63,829 bases of DNA from Fidelibacterota bacterium (GCA_013202385.1 JABMOT010000130.1:1-63829), one strand, 5' to 3'. Shown: positions 47,730-56,206, numbered from the stretch's first letter. Notes: a model not told the origin generated them from the letters alone. Numbers and translations: made by a program.

Positions 47730-48397
47730 AGTGTATTTTTTTCTGCATATAAGCTGGTAAAGGCCATTCCCGGATCCGGAAAAGGTGAAGCTATGGCAAA
47801 TTCAAAGGCTTGATCCACTTCATGCTGAACATCCTTATGGTATTTTTCGACGTTACTCGCTGATAAGCTTAGTAGTTTTTCCTCGCAATGCTTGAGGGGA
47901 TCTTTTGATTGCCAGGAAAGGAATTCCTGTTCGCTTCGATACCCGATAGTATTGTCATAATTTGGACCGCAATGCTCCAGCCATCGGTAAGTTGAAAATT
48001 CAATAAATTGAGGACCTTGACCGAGTTTAATTTTCTCCACAGCGCTATTCGTTTTTTCGTAAACTTCGGCCAGATCGTTGCCATTTCCCGTTGTTGTTTG
48101 AATGCCCATAGCGCGAACCATCTCATGAATTTTTCTATTTTTGGGTTGCCGTACACTCAAGGGTGAATACACAGAATACAGATTGTTTTCACAGATAAAT
48201 AACACGGGCAAGTTCCTGACCACAGCGAAGTTGACGGACTCATAAAAGACACCCTCTTCGATAGCGCCATCACCAAAAAATACGCAGCTAACATTGTTGG
48301 TTTTCTGTAATTGAATTGAAAGGCCCAGTCCAACGGCAATGGGTATGGTATTACCCACAATTGCAGTACTGCCCATAAATCCAACAGATTTATCACT
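47726..48397 (-). pseudogene. 5'-truncated E1 alpha-subunit homologue (keeps the GDG...NN ThDP motif but lacks roughly the N-terminal third)
   Basis: Homology begins at about ..VGFMGSTAIVGNTIPIAVGLG and includes FFGDGAIEEG...ICENN. The GGSMH-type region expected just upstream is absent. The in-frame sequence upstream of ~48397 is only an out-of-frame reading of cheW. The first plausible in-homology ATG is at 48376. The ORF track extends to 48478. Confidence 0.55.
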
Positions 48398-48806
48398 TAC
48401 GATCAATTCCTGAGGTAACCAGATCAGGTGTCGGTTCAATCTGATCGGACGGGATGCGAAGCACTTCACGGACGGCATCCACGATGAATCCTACCAGGGT
48501 TCCATTCGTCTCAACAACCATAATTCGGGTTTCCTGGGCGTTCTTTTTACTGTCTTCAACCAGACCAAATCTACGCCTTAAATCAATGATGGGGATAATC
48601 TGTCCCCTCAAATTGATGACGCCTTCAACGAAGGGTGGAGACTCCGGAATATGGGTAATGTTCACAAGACGATTGATTTCTCTTACTTTGCTGATGTCCA
48701 CGCAATAGCCTTCAGTACCCAGTTGGAAGGCAACCAGCTGGCGCAAATCCGTGGTTGCAGTAGTGTAGCTATCTGAATGGTTCTTGGATATGGTGGCCGT
48801 TGTCAT
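48393..48806 (-). CDS. cheW: CheW-like coupling protein, apparently 3'-truncated
   Basis: CheW motifs are present (FVEGVINLRGQIIPIIDLRRRFGL; VGFIVDAVREVLRI). The ORF stops at ..TSGIDRK followed by tandem TGA TAA, where CheW proteins normally continue for ~20-25 more residues (the ..G..rlvilLDidkil strands). AAGGAG RBS. Confidence 0.75.
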   Translation of the reverse strand: MTTATISKNHSDSYTTATTDLRQLVAFQLGTEGYCVDISKVREINRLVNITHIPESPPFVEGVINLRGQIIPIIDLRRRFGLVEDSKKNAQETRIMVVETNGTLVGFIVDAVREVLRIPSDQIEPTPDLVTSGIDRK

Positions 48807-48884
48807 GGCTCAACTCCTTATATTTATGTGCAGAGCGAGTGTACAAATCGTCCAGTAGACCTGTACGCTCCCTCATAGTTTTTG

Positions 48885-50492
48885 TTAAACCTTGAACTGA
48901 TCCATCAACTTATCAAGACTCTGAACTTCACGATTCAGTTGTTCTGACGAAGCTGCCAATTCCTGGGCACCTGATGCAGATTGTTTGGAAACGGTTGAAA
49001 CACTCTCAACATTTTTGGAAATTTCCTCCACACCAGCACTCTGCTCTATGGCCGCCGAGGCGATTTGAGAGATGGCTGCATTCACCTGATCGATGGACCC
49101 ACTGATTTCTCCAAGGGCAGCTCCTGCTTCACCTGCCAATTTCTGACCCGATTTCGATTGTTCAGTGATTTTCTCCATGGCTTCCACCGAGGAATTGACA
49201 TCATTTTGGATCTGCTTGATCTTAGCTTCAATATCAGCAGTAGCTCCAACAGTTCTTTCAGCCAGCTTTCTAACCTCATCAGCAACCACAGCAAACCCAC
49301 GGCCGGCATCACCAGCTCTGGCTGCTTCAATATTGGCATTGAGGGCCAACAGGTTGGTCTGGTCAGAGATGTCATCGATAACCTGAATGACATCAGCGAT
49401 TTCCTGGGAGCGCGTCTTTAAAGCTCCGATCTGCAGGGCAGCAGATTCAACGATGCTTGCGATCCCTTCGATACCCGCGATGGTTTGATTCACCGTCCCG
49501 CTCCCTTTTACGGCAGCCATATTGGCTTCTTTGGCATTATTCTGAGTTTGGGCAGCATTGTTGCTGGTTTCCAGAATCATGGCGCTCATCTCTTCAATGG
49601 AGGTGGCCACTTCGCTGAGTTGAGCCTGTTGCTCTTCAGCTCCGGCTGCCATCTCCTCTGAAGCAGCTGAAATCTCACCACCAGCAGTGGCAACCTGTTT
49701 GGCACTCGCCTTTACGTTGGAGATGACTGTATGAATCTTCTCAACGAATACATCAAACCATTTACTTAATTCCCCGATCTCATCCGAACTCGTGATGTTA
49801 AGGCGAACCCGCAGATCGCCTTCACCCTGGGCAATATCTTTCAACCGATCGGTGATCCGTTTGATTCCGCTGACGATGGAGCGTGTGATAAAGACCGCCA
49901 GTAAAACCGAGGCACTTAAGGCAACTATTGCCAGGATGGTGGATATGGTTTTCGCCTGGCCAGCTTCCCGATCAAATTCTTCTGAAGCTTCCACCATTTC
50001 TGCAGTTAAGCTGGTAGATATCTTCCCCAGGAGTCTTTCAAATTCCACCTTCATCGCATCGATCTCAGCGTCAGTTTCTTTGATCCGCTTCATATCATCG
50101 GCTTGTACCAGCCGCACCACTGTTTGGTAATCCTCGTTATATTCATTCACCATTTCTTTTGCTGCGGCGGCCCATTTCAACTCTTCTGGCGTATCAACCA
50201 ATTTTCCGATCGCCTCCATATCTGAGACCATTTCGGAATATACTTCCTCCCATTCCCGAGCGTTAAGGGCCAGATCACGATTAATGATGGCATCAGCTAT
50301 GACACCATAAGCCTGGGCTGACATCCCCGCCGCCTCCTGAACCAGCACGGCATCAGCAGCCCGCTGTGCGCTAATATCCTCCAAGGTTTTCAGCTTATTG
50401 AGATTACTAAAGTTAAAGACCACCAGGATCAATATGATCATGGCTACAAAGCCAAATCCAAAATACAGTTTGTTGGCAATTGTTAATTTCAT
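48885..50492 (-). CDS. Methyl-accepting chemotaxis protein (four-helix-bundle-type periplasmic sensor, HAMP, MCP signalling domain)
   Basis: Two TM helices, HAMP and the conserved hairpin [39 protein letters not shown]. The cytoplasmic domain is a close protein-level paralogue of the 16532..18145 product. Confidence 0.9.
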   Translation of the reverse strand: MKLTIANKLYFGFGFVAMIILILVVFNFSNLNKLKTLEDISAQRAADAVLVQEAAGMSAQAYGVIADAIINRDLALNAREWEEVYSEMVSDMEAIGKLVDTPEELKWAAAAKEMVNEYNEDYQTVVRLVQADDMKRIKETDAEIDAMKVEFERLLGKISTSLTAEMVEASEEFDREAGQAKTISTILAIVALSASVLLAVFITRSIVSGIKRITDRLKDIAQGEGDLRVRLNITSSDEIGELSKWFDVFVEKIHTVISNVKASAKQVATAGGEISAASEEMAAGAEEQQAQLSEVATSIEEMSAMILETSNNAAQTQNNAKEANMAAVKGSGTVNQTIAGIEGIASIVESAALQIGALKTRSQEIADVIQVIDDISDQTNLLALNANIEAARAGDAGRGFAVVADEVRKLAERTVGATADIEAKIKQIQNDVNSSVEAMEKITEQSKSGQKLAGEAGAALGEISGSIDQVNAAISQIASAAIEQSAGVEEISKNVESVSTVSKQSASGAQELAASSEQLNREVQSLDKLMDQFKV

Positions 50493-50566
50493 TTTAAATA
50501 CCCTCTTTCCCGTTTTTGTTCATTGAATTCTGCCAGGCGCCAAATAAGCTTTGCTTCCAGCCCCCA

Positions 50567-51544
50567 CTAAAAACTTACCACTGTTTGGATGACAATTTGA
50601 TTATCCGGGTCATTTTCATTGACCCAGTTTGATAAATATTCTGCGCGACATTCAAAGCCCTCACTAATCTTATAGCCAAGACCTGCTGTAAGTCGTTTTG
50701 CTGTTTCCGTATCTTTTTCCCAGACACCGTAGCGCACGGAGAGAAAAACGGGTAGATTTACTATTTGCTCCATATCCAAGTCTAATTGTGCATAATATCC
50801 ACTATGTTGGTCATCTGCTCCCGAGTTATCAAAGTCACCCTCTAACACAGCAGTCGCTTGCTGGTATTCAAAACGAGCTTCCAGGGGACCGAAGGCGCTT
50901 TGAAAATCCACACCAATTATATTGGGGACTGCTCCTGAATCATTGTCTGCCGTTTGAGTTGCAAACGAAGCACCTATTTCTAAAATATTTGCCAGGGGAA
51001 TTACAGCTCTTCCACCAGTAGCTATACCAGCCTGGGCACCATTGACTATAAAGTAATTGAAATTGAGAAATGAAAGTTCACAGTACAGGTTAAGCCCCAT
51101 ATCATTCCAACTGTCAATCGTCTTTTGATTTAATAGTGGAGCACTTACAAGTTTACGATCCGGTGAAGGGATGTACAGGTAATCAAGCCCAAACGGCACA
51201 TCAAACTGGCCGACCATGAGGCCAGAATGCTGGATATAACCACCCCGTGGTGGGTGGGCTTCATCAGAGCCGGTCAGGTGAATATCAAGAAAGCCGGCAC
51301 CTGCCTCAAAAAGTCCATCATCGGCATTATACGCAATGGCACCCTCAAACGTAACTCGGGGCGATACAATGGCTGATAAATCGAGTTCAAATTGGCCATA
51401 GCCAAAAGCGGCTTCACCGTCTTCAGTTAATTCTTTGGTGTATACAATATCGGCGAACCCGGAATATTGAATTTGCCCTGTTACAGTATTTGCACAGATA
51501 AGTAAAAGTGTCGTCGCCAGAATCGTTCTTTGGGTCATTGACAT
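50567..51544 (-). CDS. Outer-membrane beta-barrel (porin-like) protein
   Basis: Signal peptide, alternating amphipathic beta-strand pattern rich in Y/G/D, and a C-terminal ...VIQTVVSF with terminal Phe. Confidence 0.6.
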   Translation of the reverse strand: MSMTQRTILATTLLLICANTVTGQIQYSGFADIVYTKELTEDGEAAFGYGQFELDLSAIVSPRVTFEGAIAYNADDGLFEAGAGFLDIHLTGSDEAHPPRGGYIQHSGLMVGQFDVPFGLDYLYIPSPDRKLVSAPLLNQKTIDSWNDMGLNLYCELSFLNFNYFIVNGAQAGIATGGRAVIPLANILEIGASFATQTADNDSGAVPNIIGVDFQSAFGPLEARFEYQQATAVLEGDFDNSGADDQHSGYYAQLDLDMEQIVNLPVFLSVRYGVWEKDTETAKRLTAGLGYKISEGFECRAEYLSNWVNENDPDNQIVIQTVVSF

Positions 51545-51961
51545 AAAAGTTAAACTCCCTTCGTGGGTGATCGTTATGGGTCACTCATCTATCGTTATAT
51601 ATCGTAGGTCAGTCCTCTTTCTTTAGGATAACAACAGGAACATATTTTTTAGTTCACATAGAATATTTACTGCTTAAGTCGATATTTGGTCTTCGAATTT
51701 TTTCATTCTTACTTTCATGATGATCAATCTTATCAACTTCAGTGCCATGGATAAGGAGATCATCAGATTGCTTATCTTGCATAGAGCTTTTTGTAAATGG
51801 AGAATATTTTTTATGAATTTAGCGGAAAATAATACCCCCAAATTAGGCATAATATTCCCGTATAGCGAACCTGTATCTCGATTGACTGGGTAATTATACT
51901 CGTCAATCCTTTGGTTTAGCGTCCATGATTATCGCTGCTTGCTTTCGTTACACAACAGGCT

Positions 51962-51992
51962 AAAAAAAAAGCCCCCAGCAGTTGCCGGGGGC
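51962..51992 (-). terminator. Rho-independent terminator of the flagellin-HTH transcription unit
   Basis: On the minus strand, GCCCCCGGCAACTGCTGGGGGC is followed by nine T residues, 28 nt downstream of the stop at 52020. Confidence 0.8.
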
Positions 51993-52019
51993 TAATATAC
52001 AAACTGGAGCGGTGGTGAA

Positions 52020-52214
52020 TTACTTGTTGATATCCCTCAATTTCTCAGTCAGGATTTCATCAAACATACGATCCAGATGATCTCTTTTCACCTTCCATTG
52101 TCCACCTAGTTTTAGGCCGGGAATCTTACCCTGCTGTACGAGGCGGTAAACGGTCTGTTCCTTTATTTTCAAATAACCTGCTACATCTTTAATGGTCATA
52201 AATCCGTTTGACAT
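52020..52214 (-). CDS. Small excisionase/MerR-type helix-turn-helix DNA-binding protein
   Basis: MTIKDVAGYLKIKEQTVYRLVQQGKIPGLKLGGQWKV matches the HTH_17/excisionase-family pattern. AAAGGAG RBS. Confidence 0.75.
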   Translation of the reverse strand: MSNGFMTIKDVAGYLKIKEQTVYRLVQQGKIPGLKLGGQWKVKRDHLDRMFDEILTEKLRDINK

Positions 52215-52277
52215 TTTTGACTCCTTTCAAATCAGAATGTGAGGGAAATCTTCATGATCTCCCCCTTTTCCTACTGT

Positions 52278-53099
52278 TTATTTGAAAAGTTGGAGAACAA
52301 CCTGGGGAGCCGAATTAGCCTGGACTAAAGATGAAACCGCTGTTTGTTGCAAAATTTGCAGCTTCATAACTTCCATCTGCTCCTTCGCAAAATCAGCATC
52401 TTCAATCACACTCCTGGTTGCCTCGGCATTTGTGACCGCAACGGAAAGTGTGCGTTCCTTTGTTGCCAAGCGAACTTTGTATTGACCCACTTCCTGAATA
52501 CGAGCAGAGAGTGTATCGATAGCAGCGCCGGATGTCGTGATTGCAGCACTGGCACCATTTGCTGTTGAAAGATTAATTCCGCTGAGACCCAATGCACTGG
52601 AATCCCCATTACCAAGTGAAATGGTCAGCTCATCAGTTGCGCCCTCACCAGTATGAAATGCCCCGGAATAGCCACCATCGATCAAGCTATCGCCATTAAA
52701 TGTGGTTTCACCAACAATGTCATCGATCTCTGCGATCAGCGCTGTTACCTGATCGTTAATGGATGCGCGTTGGTTAGTTGATAATGAATAATCAGAAGCC
52801 TGCGTGGCCTTTTCCTTGATGGTCTGCAAAATATCCATGATATTCTGATAACCACCCTCTGCTACATTCATTACGTTTTTGGCCTGACTTACGTTCTGAA
52901 GAGCGGCTTCAAGCCCTCTGCGACGTGTCTCCAAACTTTTCGCCAGCTGATAACCTGCTGGATCCTCTGAAGCAGAGTTGATCCTCTTACCAGTTGCCAA
53001 ACGTAGCTGATGCATACCAATCTTCTGATTGATAATACTCAATGAATTCATCGACTGCATCGCCTGAACGTTCGTGTAAATTCTCATCAGGTCACTCAT
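52278..53099 (-). CDS. fliC: Flagellin (short, ~273 aa)
   Basis: N-terminal MRIYTNVQAM...ATGKRINSASEDPAG and C-terminal ILQQTAVSSLVQANSAPQVVLQLF flagellin signatures. The ATG at 53099 is preceded by a perfect AAGGAGG. The ORF track extends to 53138. Confidence 0.9.
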   Translation of the reverse strand: MSDLMRIYTNVQAMQSMNSLSIINQKIGMHQLRLATGKRINSASEDPAGYQLAKSLETRRRGLEAALQNVSQAKNVMNVAEGGYQNIMDILQTIKEKATQASDYSLSTNQRASINDQVTALIAEIDDIVGETTFNGDSLIDGGYSGAFHTGEGATDELTISLGNGDSSALGLSGINLSTANGASAAITTSGAAIDTLSARIQEVGQYKVRLATKERTLSVAVTNAEATRSVIEDADFAKEQMEVMKLQILQQTAVSSLVQANSAPQVVLQLFK

Positions 53100-53231
53100 T
53101 TGAACCTCCTTGTTTAAAAACGATGACGTCCTTGTCACCTCTTTCGATCAATTCTCTCTCTCGGAGGGCTGTGATCGCTTCAGCCCATTTAGTGTTTGAC
53201 TTTTTTCAATAAATTTCAACACTCAACATAA

Positions 53232-53258
53232 CTATCGAGCAGGAGGTCACTTTCTTTA
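53232..53258 (-). promoter_or_regulatory. Candidate sigma-28 (FliA) promoter for flagellin
   Basis: The minus strand reads TAAAGAAA-N11-CTCGATAG against the consensus TAAAGTTT-N11-GCCGATAA. Spacing is exact and the CGATA core is retained. It lies ~130 nt upstream of the start codon. Confidence 0.4.
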
Positions 53259-53503
53259 ACCATTTTAATCGTTTTTAATTATTTTTTATTAAAATGATGT
53301 AGTAAATGATAATATTTCACAACATTCGAGAATTCAATAATCAACCTATCTATATGTTTATTATGTTTATATATTCTCTTTTAAGAAAAAAGTTCTATTT
53401 ACGAATGCATACTTAATAATAGAATATCAATCCATTTATTTCCTTCTCTATCTTGGCAAAGTACTTACTTTGGAAACACGCTTGAGTTTATTAGGAATAT
53501 TTT

Positions 53504-54070
53504 ATGAAAATCCTGGTTGTTGATGATATAAAGTATAATGGTATCCTGGTGGTTACTGAGTTGCAACGATTGAAGCATACGGTCGTCTTTGCCCTTACTG
53601 GTATGGATGCGTTGCGTGAGCTGGCAACAAAAGGGTCTAATTTTGATCTTGTGGTAACTGATTTGATGATGCCTGGCATGGATGGGTTAGCTCTTATGAA
53701 GAATACAACCAATCTTCCCCAGTATAAAGACCAGTCCTTGAAAACGCTCCCGCCCTTCATTTTGCTCACAGCCTCCACAGATGTAAATCGCCTTGTAGAA
53801 GCCAAGCTGGCAGGATTTTCAGATATTCTCCTGAAACCACTGGATAGAATAAGACTGCGGGAATCTATCGACCATATTGTGAGTCAGCAGGTAACGTTTG
53901 AAAGGACGCTGGCTCAAACACTTGATTCAGTTAAGGAAATGATCAGTCAGATCAAGACCCGGGGTCATCTTGATGCCGCCAAAACCACGGCAGGTTATCT
54001 TCAAGTGATGCTCATTGATCTTACCGGGTATGTTGAGCAGGAGGATCCTGATGACGTCTTCGAGTCCTGA
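53504..54070 (+). CDS. Response regulator receiver with a C-terminal helical extension
   Basis: ILVVDD...DLVVTDLMMPGMDGLAL...LLTAS...LLKP, followed by ~60 aa with no recognisable output domain. Confidence 0.8.
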   Translation: MKILVVDDIKYNGILVVTELQRLKHTVVFALTGMDALRELATKGSNFDLVVTDLMMPGMDGLALMKNTTNLPQYKDQSLKTLPPFILLTASTDVNRLVEAKLAGFSDILLKPLDRIRLRESIDHIVSQQVTFERTLAQTLDSVKEMISQIKTRGHLDAAKTTAGYLQVMLIDLTGYVEQEDPDDVFES

Positions 54071-54563
54071 CATAAGCTCCGGTTTGAGAACAAATTGGAG
54101 GCAAACCCTGGCTCTGAGATATTTTGGGTTATCAAAAATCCCACTCATCCTGTTTGTGCGACCGCGGGTTCTTGAGTTGAATGACTCGCAATGTGTGGTT
54201 GGCATTCCCCTTAAACGGCGTACTCAGAATCACTTGAAAAGTATGTATTTTGGGTCTCTGGCTATTGGTGCTGATCTTGCTGCAGGACTGCTGGCCATGC
54301 AGTTAATCTCAAAGCTACCCAATCGGATCAGTTTGATTTTCAAGGATATGCAGGCAGATTTTTTAAAGCGAGTTGATGGAGATGCCGTATTTACTTGTGT
54401 GGATAGCGCTAAAATTGACGCTCTGCTTCAGAAGGTGATTGCCTCAGGAGAACGATACCACGAATCTATTTCCATTCAGGTCACTGCCCCGGATAAATAT
54501 GGGGATGAGGTACTGGCGACTTTTGCACTGACGCTATCATTAAAAGAAAAAGATTCAAATTAG
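54051..54563 (+). CDS. Hotdog-fold protein (DUF4442/PaaI-like thioesterase superfamily)
   Basis: The ATG at 54051 is preceded by AGGAGGA and overlaps the upstream gene by 20 nt. The family call from the pattern ...LELNDSQCVVGIPLKRRTQNHLKSMYFGSLAIGADLAAG is tentative. Confidence 0.5.
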   Translation: MTSSSPDISSGLRTNWRQTLALRYFGLSKIPLILFVRPRVLELNDSQCVVGIPLKRRTQNHLKSMYFGSLAIGADLAAGLLAMQLISKLPNRISLIFKDMQADFLKRVDGDAVFTCVDSAKIDALLQKVIASGERYHESISIQVTAPDKYGDEVLATFALTLSLKEKDSN

Positions 54564-56206
54564 TTAACAGCACCTGCCAGGATTTCTTTGAGTTTTGTAG
54601 ATGAGGCCAGCAGATCGATCGCATCCTGGACAACCGGGTCGTGATGGAGTGATGCTGCCACTCTGGCACCATTTCCACCCAAGGCATTTGCAAGCTCAGT
54701 CTCCATGCCACTAAGTATTTGAATTCGATTTTTATTAAGTTCGTCTTGCTGGTGTTGAATTTCCAAATCAATGAGTGCTGTTCGAACTTTCTGAATATCA
54801 CTATAGACAGAACTCGTGGAGTCAATTACTGCATCAACATCTGTGATCCAATGATACAGCTCAGTTTTAGGAATCAGATCATGGAACGACAACCAGGTAT
54901 AAAAGCTATCGACCTGTGCGTCCTCGAATTGATGTGGTAAAGTAAGATCGGGATGCATTTCCCCATAGTAGAGCGCATATTTATAGAACAAGCGATTCCG
55001 CCAGAGCTTTGACTCGAACTTGCCCATTGGCAAAGCATCTACTGTCAGGTCAGGAGTAACTCCCCCACCGGCCTCAAAGCGACGATTATGATCAGAATAA
55101 AAGGAGTCTAATTCTGTTGCAAGAAGATCCTCATAAATCACATCTGTTGCGATTTCTCGTTTTTGAATTAATCGACCACTTGGAAGATAATACTTCGCTG
55201 TGGTCAACTTAAGCCGGGTATCTGGCGATAAACGGGTGACAGTCTGGACAAGGCCTTTTCCGAATGAAGGTTTTCCAATAACCACTGCCCGATCATAATC
55301 CTGAAGGATTCCTGCTAATATTTCAGAGGCTGAAGCTGATCCACCGTCTACCAAAATAGCCATAGGCATATCTGATCTGATGATAGGTCGACGCCGGGAT
55401 AAATATTTCTTATTTGACGCATCGATGCGGCCACGCGTTTCTAACAAAAGCTCACCTTGATCAATAAAAAGATCTGCACTCATGAGAGCGGCACTGAGCA
55501 ATCCCCCAGGGTTTCCCCGAACATCAATAATAAGAGCAGTAATATTTGCCTGATACATTTTTCTGATGGCTTTTTCGAGATCTTCCGCAGAATATTTTGA
55601 GAAATTTGAAAGTTTTACATACCCTGTTCGTTCTCGTAACAGGCCGGAATAGCTTACATCAGGAACTTTGATCAATTCTCTTTCCAGCTCAAATTCCAAA
55701 TATTCAAGTTCCCCTTCGCGTTTAATAAGCATGGTCAGAAGAGAACCTTGTACACCACGAACCAATCTTGCCGCCTCATCCAAATCCAAATTCTTTGTCC
55801 AGATTGAATCAATTTTTACGATGCGATCACCGGCCAATATCCCCTGTCTGTAAGCAGGCGTGCCATCCATTGGGGATATAACAATAAGGGAATCATTCAT
55901 GCGTCCCAGATGTATTCCTACACCTCCGTACTCACCCGTTGTGATGGCATCCAGACGATATGAATTGTTATCGTCAATATGTTGGGAATAGGGATCTAAT
56001 TCTCTTAGCATACCATCAATTGCAGCGTTAGAAAGTTTTTCAGGGTCAATTTCCGCCACATATCGATCCAGAATAGTCTGGTATACCTGATTTATTGATG
56101 CTTCGCCCTCAACGCGCTCGGTATTGACTTGGGTATAGAGGTTTGCTGCCCATGCGGTTAAAAGCAGGAATGCAAATACAGCGAAGTAGGAGCGGTGTAT
56201 TTTCAA
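54560..56206 (-). CDS. S41 carboxy-terminal processing peptidase (PDZ + S41 catalytic domain)
   Basis: PDZ segment VISPMDGTPAYRQGILAGDRIVKID. Catalytic region GGSASASEILAG...GKPSFGKGLVQ. The TTG start overlaps the tmk stop. Signal peptide present. Confidence 0.9.
   Translation of the reverse strand: MKIHRSYFAVFAFLLLTAWAANLYTQVNTERVEGEASINQVYQTILDRYVAEIDPEKLSNAAIDGMLRELDPYSQHIDDNNSYRLDAITTGEYGGVGIHLGRMNDSLIVISPMDGTPAYRQGILAGDRIVKIDSIWTKNLDLDEAARLVRGVQGSLLTMLIKREGELEYLEFELERELIKVPDVSYSGLLRERTGYVKLSNFSKYSAEDLEKAIRKMYQANITALIIDVRGNPGGLLSAALMSADLFIDQGELLLETRGRIDASNKKYLSRRRPIIRSDMPMAILVDGGSASASEILAGILQDYDRAVVIGKPSFGKGLVQTVTRLSPDTRLKLTTAKYYLPSGRLIQKREIATDVIYEDLLATELDSFYSDHNRRFEAGGGVTPDLTVDALPMGKFESKLWRNRLFYKYALYYGEMHPDLTLPHQFEDAQVDSFYTWLSFHDLIPKTELYHWITDVDAVIDSTSSVYSDIQKVRTALIDLEIQHQQDELNKNRIQILSGMETELANALGGNGARVAASLHHDPVVQDAIDLLASSTKLKEILAGAVN

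Noticed and set aside
51654-51782. 42-codon minus-strand ORF (MQDKQSDDLLIHGTEVDKIDHHESKNEKIRRPNIDLSSKYSM) in the 475-nt gap between the terminator and the porin gene.
   Set aside because: There is no Shine-Dalgarno sequence and no recognisable motif, and in an AT-rich spacer an ORF of this size is expected by chance. It would need ribosome profiling or conservation to be believed.
52020-52214. The excisionase-family HTH gene as a marker of an integrated mobile element.
   Set aside because: There is no integrase, att-like flanking repeat or phage/conjugation gene nearby. The gene sits between flagellin and that unit's terminator, so it looks like a small regulator rather than a mobile-element excisionase.
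53454-53469. Sigma-54-like motif TGGCAA-N5-TTAC upstream of the receiver gene at 53504.
   Set aside because: The -24 GG element and the spacing fit, but the invariant GC of the -12 element is AC here. No enhancer-binding protein gene is adjacent. The evidence is too weak to call.
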